This document shows, piece by piece, positions 24,576 to 36,455 of a stretch of 64,000 nt of DNA; positions within the stretch are counted from its first letter, which is position 1; every line of letters starts with the position of its first letter. The stretch is taken from the NCBI RefSeq assembly GCF_037042905.1, contig NC_087245.1, forward strand, positions 27,096,001 to 27,160,000, read 5' to 3'. The notes beneath the pieces were generated by a model. The model was given only the letters and a program-made list of their open reading frames with translations. It did no database searches and was not told where the DNA came from. A program made the translations under genes and the position numbers. The DNA comes from Lytechinus pictus (lineage: Eukaryota).

Positions 24576-25168
24576 AGGTCAAGTCCACCCCAGGAAAATG
24601 ATGATGTGAATAAATAGAGAAAAATCAAACTAGCATAGTGCTGAAAATTTCATCAAAATCGGATGTAAAATAAGAAAGTTATGACATTTTAAAGTTTCAC
24701 TTATTTTTCACAAAACAGCTAGTGATATGCACAACTCAGTGACATGCAAATGAGACAGTCGATGATGTTCATCACTCACTATTTCTTTTGTTTTTTATTG
24801 TTTGAATTATACAATATTTCATTTTTTTTTATTGATTTGACAATAAGGAACAACTTGACTGAACCATATAGTATTAAACAGTGCTAATTCCACTTGTTCA
24901 GGGAGGAATTAATCGTTAATCACTTGACAATGAGGAGAAAATTTGAAAATTTCATATTTCATATAATAAAATACAAAAGAAATAGTGAGTGAATGACGTC
25001 ATAGTCTCCTCATTTGCATACCAGCCAGGATGTGCATAGAACTGTTTTGTGAAATTAAGCGAAACTTTCAAATGTCATAACTTTCTTATTTTACATCAGT
25101 ATTATGCTTGTTGGATTTTTCTCTTTTTTTTAATTCAAATCAACTTTTTGTTGGGGTGGACTTGTCCT
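24576..25168. mobile_element. TTAA-flanked MITE nested in the 3.9-kb element
   Basis: ttaa|AGGTCAAGTCCACCCCA ... TGGGGTGGACTTGTCCT|ttaa. Confidence 0.85.
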
Positions 25169-25449
25169 TTAAAGTTTTAGTTTGCTTTGTTACATCATGA
25201 ACTTTATGTTATTGAATACTTTCATAACTGAAAATGTTGATTTAGTCACATTTTTGTATTAAAGGGGAGTAAACATACAGACATGAAATCATAAAAAACT
25301 CGACCTTTTTCCCGCGCACACTGTGACAAAGAAAGGCCCCACAACAAATATGCTTTCTGAGTAGGGCCTAGGCCTACAATTTGTCTGAACAATAAAGGCC
25401 TACTAGCTGGTTGCATTAAAAAATATATTTTAACGATTAGAAATGATGT

Positions 25450-27930
25450 CCCTTTTCTCTAGCTTTTTTTTAAACCTCCCTTCTCATTCAATTATTCATC
25501 TCATCTCATTTTCTCTGATTGTCCTCTTCTGTCCATCTCTCGTATCCTCCCTTTTCTCCATCCCCTTCTATTTCTTCCATTTCTACTCTCATGCCCCTCT
25601 CTCTCTCTTATTTCTCCCCTTTATATCATCTCGATCTCCCTCTTTATTATTTTTCCTTTCTCTTTGGCTTCTTTCTCTCTGATTTTCCTCTTCTTTCTCA
25701 TCTCTCTCTCTTACCTTCCCTTTCTATCTATTTCCCTTATATCTCTCTTATTTCCCCATCTCCCTTATATCGAGCCCTCTTTTATCTCCCTCTCGTCTCG
25801 TCTTTCTCTCCTCACCTCTTTCTCATTCCTTGTCATTTCCCCCTTTCTCCCCCTCTCTCCCTCTTTCTCTTTGATCTTCCTCTTCTTTCCATCTTCTTCT
25901 CGTTGATCATCTGTTTCTTTTTTTCTCTCTCCATCTTTACCATTTTGCCTTTCTCATTTCAACTTTCTCTATATAAATTTTGAGTAAATATTCCCTTCCC
26001 TCCCTCTCATACTGTTCAATCACACATTCAGGGTGAAAAATTGAATAGAAGTTTGAGGACAAGAAGGTTGTTACTTTTAATGAGCCTTCAAAGTTGGACC
26101 TTCGTGTGCTCAGCCATGAAATATCTACTAAGTACAGTGTATATAAAAATGGGCACAATAGAATTTGAATTCTTATGAAATTTAAGAAGAATTTAGGAAG
26201 AGAATGGATGTTGCACGACATGTGCTTATACATCAATACACCTTTACATAAAGGAATGGGTGATGGATAAACAAAACCAAGTCAACTCTAACAAGTAGTT
26301 GATACATTTTAAAGTGACGAATTTTCATCAAATAACCAAACAGATGACGAAGCAGAGCAACAATTAATCGATAACTAAACTTTTGCAAGTTCTGCGGGTG
26401 ATTTTTATCCTAACCCAATACATTGCAAACGAGCTGATTCCTGCCTGTGTGTGGCAGGCTCTATGCATGTAGGATCGGAGCAGATTCTCAATGGTGCAAA
26501 CAATCTCAAATGATAAACAGTTTTTCCACCAAAATAATCACAAAATCGGCGGGAAATTCTTATGATCATATTTTTAGATTCTCAAATCACTGATTTAATA
26601 TGAAGAACAAGTTTTTTTTAGTTTTCATAACTGGATCTACATGTAGTTGTTTTAGCTTTCGTTTTGAGTCTTGTTGTGTAGGATGCTGGCGCTGTTTCCT
26701 CTAATTTGTAAGTTGACAATGTTTCACTTTGAAATTTTATTCATTTCTAAACCACTTAGTTTTTCCAAATTTTAAAGATCTAAAAAACACCAAATATCAT
26801 TATCATTTCTGTTAGATGATTGGATTGCTTTTGTTTGCTTGAAGTTTGAACTTTTTCCTCTATTTTTCATTTTTATCCTTCATCCTTCTATCCCTTCCTG
26901 CTTTTTGTTCCATCTATCTTTTAAAATTTCCTACCTTTCTTTCCTGATCCTTTCTGTGTGTTAATTTTCTTTCTTTCCTTCTTTCTCTTATCTGCCCTTT
27001 TTATTTCCTTCATTCTTTCTTTTTTTATACTTTTATTTACTTCCTTCTCCCTTCCTCACCTTTTTCTTTTCGTTTTTTCTCTCCTTCCATTATTATTTTT
27101 TCATTCTCTCCCTCCAATCTTTCCTCCCTCTCTTTCATTCTTTCTTTCATTCTTTATTTTGTTTTTCCTTCTAATTCTTTCCCCTTATTCTTTCTTTCTT
27201 TCTTTCCCTCCCTCCCTTCCTTCCTTCCTTCCCCCTTCCTGTTTTCTTCTCCCTTTGTTTCTTTATTTCAAAGAATGAAAACATTGTTCTTTCCTTACAT
27301 ACATAACAGGTACTTATATAGCGCTTTACCAAAAATAATGATCAAAGCGCTTTACAATGAATAACTAATAATACTAATAATGAAATTACATTAAACAGCA
27401 CTATCTATCTACGGGGACTGGTGCCTGATCTTAATGCTATGTTCACCCACAGTTTAAGGAACTTGCCCAGAAGGCAATCCGGCAGGTTCACAAGGGCTCT
27501 AAAAACACCAGGCCTAAGCTAAACCCTAACAAAAAACTAACTTACGAAAGAGAACTAACGTAAATATTTAAACCAAAAAAATCATATGAGGAAAAAAAAT
27601 CAATGAGCAAATAAATGTGTTTTAAGCAGAGATTTCATTCTTTGTTTCCTCCTCCTTTTTCTTACTTTTTCTTTCTCACCTTTATTTTGTCTTTCACACA
27701 TCATCCCTTTCTTTCTTTCTATATTCGATGAATTCAAAGAATGACGGAAACCTTTTTTTCTCTTTCATTCTTTCTTTCATCGTCCTTTTAATTATTCAAA
27801 CTTTCTTTCATTTTTTCCCCTTCATTTCTTCTTTCTTCTTTCTCATTTCATTTCTTTTCTTTTGTCTTTTCTTTTTCTCCTTCATTCTTTCGTTCACCCT
27901 CCTTTATATTTTTTTCACAAGTATAACACT
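25450..27930 (+). repeat. Pyrimidine-rich (CT/CTTT) low-complexity tracts inside the 3.9-kb element
   Basis: Tracts at ~25450-26010, ~26860-27270 and ~27640-27920. Confidence 0.85.
27300..27635 (-). mobile_element. Short 3' tail of an L2/CR1-type LINE
   Basis: Minus strand KSLLKTHLF; 3' end aagcgc...gcgctatataag. Confidence 0.55.
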
Positions 27931-30278
27931 GTGTAGCCTTCTTTGATGATATTTTTTTTATCGATTGTCCCGTATTTCATTTTGTGAAATCTGGTCACCC
28001 TGATTTAAACCCTTGTTTTTAACTGCATGAATAACCAGGTCCCAGCACATTGTGCATATAGAGATATGTTTGTACATGATTGGCTTAATGACATTAAAAT
28101 ACACTTTGCCACACTAAGTACATCAGTATTAATTTTATATTTATAGAGAAAACATATTGCATCTTGCACATACTTTCAATTGCCTTCTACGGCGCGTTCT
28201 CGAACAATTGACCTAGCAAAATGGCGGCGGTCACGTGACTTATCGAGTTCGCCGGCGATGTTTTGCTTGGGTGAACACGACTTCCACGTATTTCTAGTTC
28301 AGTGGACATCACAGATCTTGGTCGCATTGCCAATTGGAGGATCTACATGGCATTAGTGATCTCAATATTCAAATGCTCATAGCTTTCTTATTATTCATTC
28401 AATCTTCCTCAAACTTTCAACAATATGTTTCTTTGATTTTCTCTTTGATATGGATCCAGCTGGTTTCAAGGGTTTCATTCTCCTTTAAACTTTGTACCTT
28501 TAAAAAGTACAACCCTATTTCAAACTTGCTGAAAGATGAAAAGATGAAAGTCCTGGAGTACCTTCATAGGTGCAACTTTGCACCTTTCGGGCCAAAAGGG
28601 TACAGAATTTGCCTGTAACGGTTTATCTCATGGATGTAGTTAATCCTTGTCAAAAAAACTCTAATTTTAAACTTTTGGAAATTCAATAAATGCAATAATC
28701 AAAATACACTGTAAAAATATTGGGTAAAATTTTTACCACAATTTGGGGCAGTATTTTACCCAATGCGGAAAGCATATTGTCCAGTAAGGTTAAAAAATAA
28801 GCAGCAATTACTTAAGAATGGGCAAAATTTTCATCACATTGGATAAATAAAAAAGCTCAAAAGAAATGCCCGTTGTTGTTTGGACACATAATTACCCTCA
28901 TGGAGCACTTTTACCCAATATTCTGTAATCAAACTAAGTTAGCTCTTTATCTCTTCTTCTTGTCGCTGAGAAAAAAAATAAATCACATGCTCAGCTCATC
29001 CCGTCATTGGGGGCCGCATGGTAGTACAAGTTGGCAAGCTTCAAACCCACAGTGGTTTTCAACTCTCCAAAAATAGTCAAACCGTGGTACAGACAAGTGG
29101 TTAACTATGATCTGACATAAGGATATGCAGATACTTCTCTTTTGGAATGCAGATGTGGTCACGCCAAAATTTTGCCAACCCTAATTGAGTCCTGACTATA
29201 TGAGGTTGGTGTGGTATCCAGGGGAATATTAATGTATTTAATCTTGAGTATATAGGAAACAAATGAACACAATATGAAGCCCCCAGCCCTCACAAATTAT
29301 TTTTGAATTATTAAATAGGTAAATCATTCAATCAAAAAATAAAAATGAAAAATAACAATAATAGATTTGAATAGATGCATAAAATGAACCATAATTGATA
29401 AACAAAAATAACTAAACATGACATTTTGTTCTCCATAATTCTTATCAAGTATAGTAATTCCACTTGTTTTTTTTATTATTGATTTTTTTCTGTATAACGT
29501 TAGCATGGAGGATTTCGGAACGTTGTACTGTCACATGTGTTACTGCAAAAGGGGACGAAGTCTAATAAAATACCTGTAGCTGTTAATTTGGGAGAACATG
29601 GTGACTGCGATGTCATTCAAGATTACAAACAATTAGAGTTAATTCACAGAAATTCGATTCAGAAAAATATAATCAAATTGAAGGGCAAATATAAAATTTT
29701 TTTTTTTTATATGTTTTTCCTAAATCATGGATAATGTGTACTGAAGTTAGGAGTAGGGTCAATACTTCTACTCAGAGTTATCATTTCCATGATTCTGCTA
29801 AAGTTCCTGCATTTATTTCCCGTTTAGCTGCATATGCACATTTGGATTATTTGGTCAAATGAATATTAACGAAACACCTTTCGAAATGTTTGGTTAGTGA
29901 GATTTTTATTTCTCTTCAAACAAACAACATTTATTCCGACAATATCACTTTTAATAATATTTATTAGCAAAAAGTGGAAGAGTGTGAAATGAGATTATCG
30001 TAAAGTGACGATTAATTACATTTCCGGTCCACATCCCTGCTCAAAGTCTAGTGGAGTGATATCCTTGGATGATGTATTAAATGATGTCTGTCGATTTGAC
30101 TGCATCAGACCCAAAGGGAAGCCCTTAATGCTTCTTCCAATGAAAATGTTAACAGAAATTGTTCTCATTGTGTTGTACATAATAATAGATAGTTTTCGCA
30201 ACAATATTCTACCCAGACGCTTTCTGGATCGTCGAGAATCTATTGTCGCAAATCGGTGAATCAAAACAGCAATGTCGC

Positions 30279-30537
30279 CACTAGCGTACCTACGGGGGGG
30301 GGCAGAGGGGGCAGTCTGCCCCCCCTCACGAGCCACAACCCATGCAAAGGACGTATCCCTGCCCCCCCCCCCCCCTGACGAGCTTGAAAGACCTTTTTTG
30401 CATCCCCGGACGAGCTTGAAGACCTTTATTGCCCCCCTGACGAGCTTGAAGCTCTTTTTTTCTTTTTTTTTTTTGCTTGTCAAATTTTTTGGCGATTGGT
30501 TTTGCCCCCCCTGAGAAAAATCCTAGGTACACCACTG
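30279..30537. mobile_element. hAT-like MITE with perfect 8-bp TSD, inserted in an older repeat
   Basis: AATGTCGC|cactagcgtaccta...taggtacaccactg|AATGTCGC; three internal gacgagcttgaa repeats. Confidence 0.82.
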
Positions 30538-32618
30538 AATGTCGCCCTGGACTCTGGACAAACAACATCAATTTAGTTGCATTTTTTGGTCAGCTCCAAA
30601 TCTTAGGACGATCTGCTGTATTGGTTCACAAAATTTCGACAAAGCCCTCTAAGCTGTCCATTGTGATTTGACGGGCATTCTCGATATATTGCTAACGCTG
30701 TATAGAATCGGTCCCCGTTGCAATTGCGAAAACACGCTAATCTTGTGATTGTACAGTATATTCATTCTAGACCCAACAAGATAAGAGAACTCATAACCGG
30801 GAGAACATATTCAACATGGAATTAACACAAAAAATATATTTATATGATGTTCTGTGCAGTATTTCATATTTGCAGCAGGCCTAGGAACTAGTTACGTCAT
30901 CGTGGTCGTAGACTCGCCAAGGGCAAGCCGAGTTTGAAAAAAGGTATTTTATATAGGGCATATGAAACGACGTGAAGAGAAGGTATTTTTTTTTTTAATA
31001 ATAGGGGTATAAAGAGTTATACGAGGCAAACTAGGCCTTTCTGTCTGACATTGCTTTCTTTCTTTTTTTCATACATTTTCTTCCCCATTTTATTTTTTGC
31101 TACCCTTAATGAGTGTTATGTGCAATTCACATTTTAACAAAAGATAATCTCAAGAAGAAATGCATGTCTATTTTATACATTTTTTATATAAAAAGAAACC
31201 CCGCAAACACCACGATAGGTTGAGGTGACATGTCACGTTAGAGATAAATATCAAGCAAAAACTCGGATCATTACACTTTATACTTTCATAGTAGTAATAA
31301 TAATACACTTTTTCCTATGGAACTCAGATCGATTCAATTTCAAAGATATATGGAGTTTTTCTTTTTCCTTTTATTACTTTGCATTATGTTTGAATGGAAA
31401 TGAAATACAGAATTTAATTGAACTTTTAACTGGGAATTTGATAGTTAGAGTTCCATTAATGTAATTATGCTTATGTAGACTACCGTTTCATATGCTTATA
31501 GTGTAGTACATTTTTTAATGATAATTATAGGGAACGATTATGTAAGATACGGTTCAGGAATAAAATATGACAGGATGTGGGAGATTATAAATCATGGACT
31601 AGTAATCACGTGATCGGTTTATTAAATGCTTTATTGCCACTTGAAGGATGCTAACCGAAACAGCTGTCCGTTGTGTCGGGAGTGTGAAGGATTTCGTTGT
31701 TATCAGAGAAGAGAGATTATAATAAGACAATACGGATGGAGATATAGGGAATTAAAAGTGATGACCCCTCCTCCACAACAACCAAACAAAGACAATAATC
31801 AATCACACAACACTTTACGGACACGGAAGAGGTAGGGGGGGGGGTGGTAGAGTTATCGCATCACGTTTTCATCATGATTTTACTTTTAAAAAGCCTCGTT
31901 TTTCATTTGTGAAAAGTGCCCCTCATTTACTGGATTTATTGGTATGATTTTGTTCATCTTTCAAATGTTTGAAATGAGTGTTCCCATAATGTGGGATAAA
32001 ATGAAATGCATCTTTATCATTTTGAAAATTGAAAAGTCCCTGGTTTGTATTTCTCAATTTAATTGTTTATTTTTTTTCTCTTTTGATAAGTGTCCCTTTT
32101 AACATTGACTGTTATTGACAAATGTTCAGTATCGTCATATATATACCACTTGCCCTTTCTTATAAATCCCTTCATGTTGCTCTGATATTATTTTGTTTAA
32201 ATCTGACATATTTAAGGCTCCTTCACCTATTATTATGCTCATCTTGACTAGACCAAAAATAATGTTCTTTCCGGTAAGCAGCCATTTCAACCATGATAAG
32301 TTAATTCCATAAGTGGATTATTTTACATTGTGATTACTTTCTTATGATACCATTTCTACTTTTTATTAGTGCCATTTAAGCTCTATATCATTGAAACGTG
32401 ATAAGTGATCCTATATTATGCGCCTGAAATGCACTTAAAACAACCGCCGGTTTTTAACAATGAGATAGTCCTAAAGTGCCCCTTTGTTTAGAGTATACCA
32501 TTGCCATTGCCATTGCCTGGTATATACATGACATAGTACGCCTGTCCATATTTTGCTTGCAAATGGGACCGTAACTGAAAAAGGTTTCTCCAAATATCCA
32601 TACAATCATAGTTGTCAT

Positions 32619-32854
32619 CAGTGGCGTAATGAGCCAAAAAATTGAGTGCATGGGCTAGATATAACGTATCGCGTAAAATGTATAAAAAGTTGCGAGTGAA
32701 AGAAGCGAGCGAGAAAAAATGTCGACATATTTATTACATAACTCCAATTTCATTATAGATTTTGACATAATATTCACCCTTCTCTCTTGCCTTTTTTTTT
32801 GGTCGTGAAAAATTGGGTGGGGGAGCCCCCAGCCCCCTTCAGTACCGGCCAGTG
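32619..32854. mobile_element. hAT-like MITE, same family as 20368-20581
   Basis: cagtggcgtaatgagccaaaa start; TSD gttgtcat/gttttcat. Confidence 0.7.
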
Positions 32855-33774
32855 GTTTTCATATTAGCAATGATAATAGTAAGCCTAATAATAAATTTGC
32901 CTCTATGAATCATTTCAAAATGATAACGAAATTGAACAAGTATCGCAGTCAACCTTTTCTTAGAGTGCAGGTATAGTGCTGTAAATCATAATATTGTGGA
33001 AATGTAATTGTGCCTATATACCTATTTGAAAGTGTGCAATAATAATTGCAAAAGTATTCAACCAAGTCTGGCTCTTCTCAACTTCAATTATATATACACC
33101 AAATTTACAGTTTATAGTGACTGAGTGTGCTCTTGAAAGTATCGATATTCTTTCACTCTCAATGGGCAAATGTTATCAATTTAATTTATGCCCTCCTTGT
33201 TTTGTAAGTTAATGACCCATTATTCCTCCATAAACACTGAGTGGCGTATAAGAAGGCATAATGTTTGAGTGCTGCACGCGATGCAATACTTTGGATTATT
33301 TGGGGAGAGAACGAATCGAGGAAGGTGTAAAATCTATAATTTACAAAATGCTGAATAATTTCGCTATATGGACATTGCGTTTGAAAAGTTAAATCCTTCA
33401 GAAAAATTGATAACCCTTCTAAAAACATGTTGAAAATACTGAATGTTAGCATCAATTATTATTATTTTTATTTGGGGGGGGGGGCGGGAATGGCAAGGGA
33501 AAGGGGAGGGGAAAACGACGACCCTCTCACCCATAGACTGTTGAAAAAAAAAAATCAAAATTCGACGGAGGGACTCCCCTCACCCCCACCCCGATCGCTG
33601 CCCATGATGTAGAGATATCGACCTATACTGCATAATATTTATGCCTATAGAGCAAGCCTTTATAACGGCTTTAGACCTTGATGCTTCCAAGAACCCCCCC
33701 CCCCCCCCCCGCCGATTAGATTTAGGCCAGTGCGTATGTATTCTGGTCATTCAGAGAATAAACAAAGAAATTGG

Positions 33775-34030
33775 AATAATAATAATAATTAATTTATAAA
33801 GCGTTTTTACAATATATCATCGTTTCCACAGCGCTTTACACAATGATGGAATAGAAAATTATAATTATTAATACATGTAAAGATTATTGATTAAAGAGCA
33901 GAGTTTTGAGATGTTTCTTAAATACTTCCAAAGAAGGAGAAAGTCGCATATTATCTTGGAAGGTCATTCCAGAATTAGAAACACTGTATACTTACAAGAC
34001 TCGTTCATACGTCTCTATACGATTGTCAAA
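33775..34030 (-). mobile_element. 3' remnant of an L2/CR1-type LINE
   Basis: Minus strand reads FWNDLP/..MRLSPSLEVFKKHLKTLLF, a typical ORF2 C-terminus with a frameshift, then gcgctttataaat and an (ATT)n tail. Confidence 0.7.
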
Positions 34031-34075
34031 TTAAAGAGCATTCAGTTGTTTCGGTTTTGAATATAGATTTTGCTT

Positions 34076-34367
34076 CACTCTTCTTCATCATATCAACTTT
34101 TGAAAGTACATTAGTCTACTCTAGGCTTATATGAATCTATTTTGCCATGATTTTATCGACCAGCAAAAACAGATAAAGGAAAATGTAGCGAAAGAGACTG
34201 ATGATTCTGTCACTCTTCTTCATCATATCATGGACCTAATAGGTCCATGATCATATCAACTTTTGAAAGTACATTAGTCTACTCTAGGCTTATATGAATC
34301 TATTTTGCCATGATTTTATCGACCAGCAAAAACAGATTCCCACCAAAACAGATAAAGGAAAATGTAG
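34076..34367 (+). repeat. Local tandem duplication (~115-155 bp units)
   Basis: cactcttcttcatcatat...aacagataaaggaaaatgtag occurs at 34076 and 34211. Confidence 0.9.
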
Positions 34368-35932
34368 TGTAATGAGTGTTTTACTGTTTACATATATAGC
34401 AGACGATGAATTTAAGATGTTCATGATAATTATTAAAGAAAATTATAAAATTACGAATTCTTATAAAATGGTCTCATTGCACGTATTGCAATATATATTG
34501 AACATTATGCCACCTGTCACCTGCCACCCTAAAACCAATAATAATTAAATCGCCCCCCAAAAAATTGAGATTTATTTTGAACTAAAAAAAAGCACATAAG
34601 CTTTAATTGAATAACTTGTAAAACCTGATAAAAACTTAGACATTGAAAAAATTCGGACCATAAATGAAACACTTGTACCAACCTTTTGGGGTGTAATCTT
34701 GTACCCTAAGTGGGAAAAGGTGCAAAATTGCACCTTTTTGTTATTATTATTTGCATCCAGAAATGCCACTCGTTTGCACCATAAAAGATGCAACTTTTCA
34801 CCTTTTAAGGTGCATAATACTTAACATACAAAAGGTCATTCAACTCTGCACCCTCTAACCATGGACCTATGATGCTTAATATGTAAGTATAGGCCTACTT
34901 CCCTTAAAGGTGCACAAATTAATGATCATAATTGCACTCATTAGCACCACTTGGGGTGCTGCTAGTACTGACCATAGGGTTCAAATTTTGACCCCTTTTT
35001 CTTAGTGTGCACACATCAACTGCCAATGAGATTCCCTTTTCTTAAAAAAATGACTGTCAACAACAACAATATATATATATATATATTTTGTTGGGGGGGG
35101 GGGGCATGCCTGTGAAACCATCAATCTTGTGGTGGATTTTGGATGAAGGCCTTGTTATGCATTACATCTGAATATAGCTCCATGGTTTATACACGGACGC
35201 TGCCAGAGGGGAGGGGATACCGTATCCATTTTTTTATGCACTTATTTTTTCTCATCTCTTCATTTTTTTTCTTACTCTCCCCCTTTCTCTCCATAAAAAA
35301 ACATAAGGAGGGGCGGTCGCTCCCTGCCGCCCCTGTTTTTTTAGTGCTCATCCTGAACTTAGGAATGTGCTAAAGGCCTGAAGGTTCTTCCAAAAGTTCA
35401 AATCCATGCATGCCAATACATTCTGTAGGACCAATAAAATGCATGGGAAAAAGTTTGCGGAAGAGGAAGTAGATAGAGAAATGCACTATATGCGACGTGC
35501 ACATAATGCAAGACGTGTATATGGTTCGATCATATTTATTCACCCGGCCCGATGACTTTGCAAGATGAATCTACTACGAAGTTCCCAGCGAATTACCTTT
35601 AAACAGGCAGTGAACTTTACTTTGAAAGATGGGAGCTTCAAATGTGCTTCATCAGGAGGTGACTATGTATTCTGGATATAATATCTCTTCTAGAGGTCTG
35701 ACATTTTGTTCGAAAAGTCATTGAGATCAGCAGTGCTGACACCCAGCGATGTATATGTATATACGTGGCCGAGGCTCCGGCTGCGCTCTGGGTCTGCAAC
35801 TGCCATGTTCCCGCAGCTCGTCGGGCATAAGTGACGGGCAAGGTGGATGCGAAAGATGGAAGGTTTTTGGAAAGATTGTTCTCAGAGAGGGAAGCGTGCC
35901 TCAAATCGAAATGGAACGTACAACTGTCAGGA

Positions 35933-36000
35933 ATGGGAGGAAGGTTAAAGATGTTGTTGAAGCTGCCATTACTGGTCTGGAGTCTGCTGTTTGGTTCAAG
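35933..36000 (+). CDS. Possible first coding exon (signal peptide-like) of an unidentified gene with a long first intron
   Basis: MGGRLKMLLKLPLLVWSLLFGS followed by AG|gtataa, downstream of a CpG-richer non-repetitive segment (35450-35900). No partner exon identified. Confidence 0.25.
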
Positions 36001-36224
36001 GTATAAAACAAAACACAAAACTCCTAGAAGTAGATCTAAATTACAAGTTAGAGTTAGAGTCAAAACAAAACTTTAAAAGAATGCATCGAGACTTTTTGTA
36101 CAACAGAAGCTGGTTTGGGTGAAAAAAGGATTTTCATATGTAACCATTGACAAATGATCATGGTGATGAAGTGATAAAAATCATCAGATCAATAATAGTT
36201 CTAAATGTGGTCCCCATTCAATCG

Positions 36225-36455
36225 ACAATTTGTCACTCTCCACCCAGGTGTTACATGGGTACCCGGTAGTATGCAGAAGCCTATGTACTGAGCGATTGAG
36301 TCAAAGAACTCTTGTTGGAATGATCCACAGGGAGTGGGGAAAGTGTATACATTGTGTGCGGGCATGCCAGGATCTGACAACCAGGTATAGCCCAATTAGA
36401 GACGTCCTCAAGTGCTATATAAAGAGGAATATAATTATTATTGTTGTTATTATTT
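36225..36455 (+). mobile_element. SINE remnant with LINE-like tail
   Basis: cactctccacccaggtg..atgggtacc core shared with ~22000-22045 and ~58765-58815; ends gtgctatataaga-like plus (TAT)n. Confidence 0.55.

Larger units (their letters stand above)
24379..28304. mobile_element. 3.9-kb non-autonomous TIR element with 8-bp TSD
   Basis: Perfect 23-bp TIR CACTGAACTAGAAATACGTGGAA; perfect TSD GACATCAC at 24371-24378 and 28305-28312; second inverted motif cgccgccattttgctaggtcaat. Confidence 0.88.
23968..28484. mobile_element. TTAA-flanked palindromic non-autonomous transposon (Kolobok/piggyBac-type TSD), split by nested inserts
   Basis: ttaa|AGGAGAATGAAAC.CTTG ... CAAGGGTTTCATTCTCCT|ttaa; internal inverted match attggcaatgcgaccaaga / tcttggtcgcattgccaat. 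Confidence 0.85.

Noticed and set aside
25443..27946. F/L/S/P-rich plus-strand ORFs
   Set aside because: CT-rich simple sequence inside a transposon; no splice or homology support.
35749..36006. 85-aa ORF MYMYIRGRGSG...
   Set aside because: No recognisable family; overlapping frames are equally open, so it cannot be supported as a CDS.
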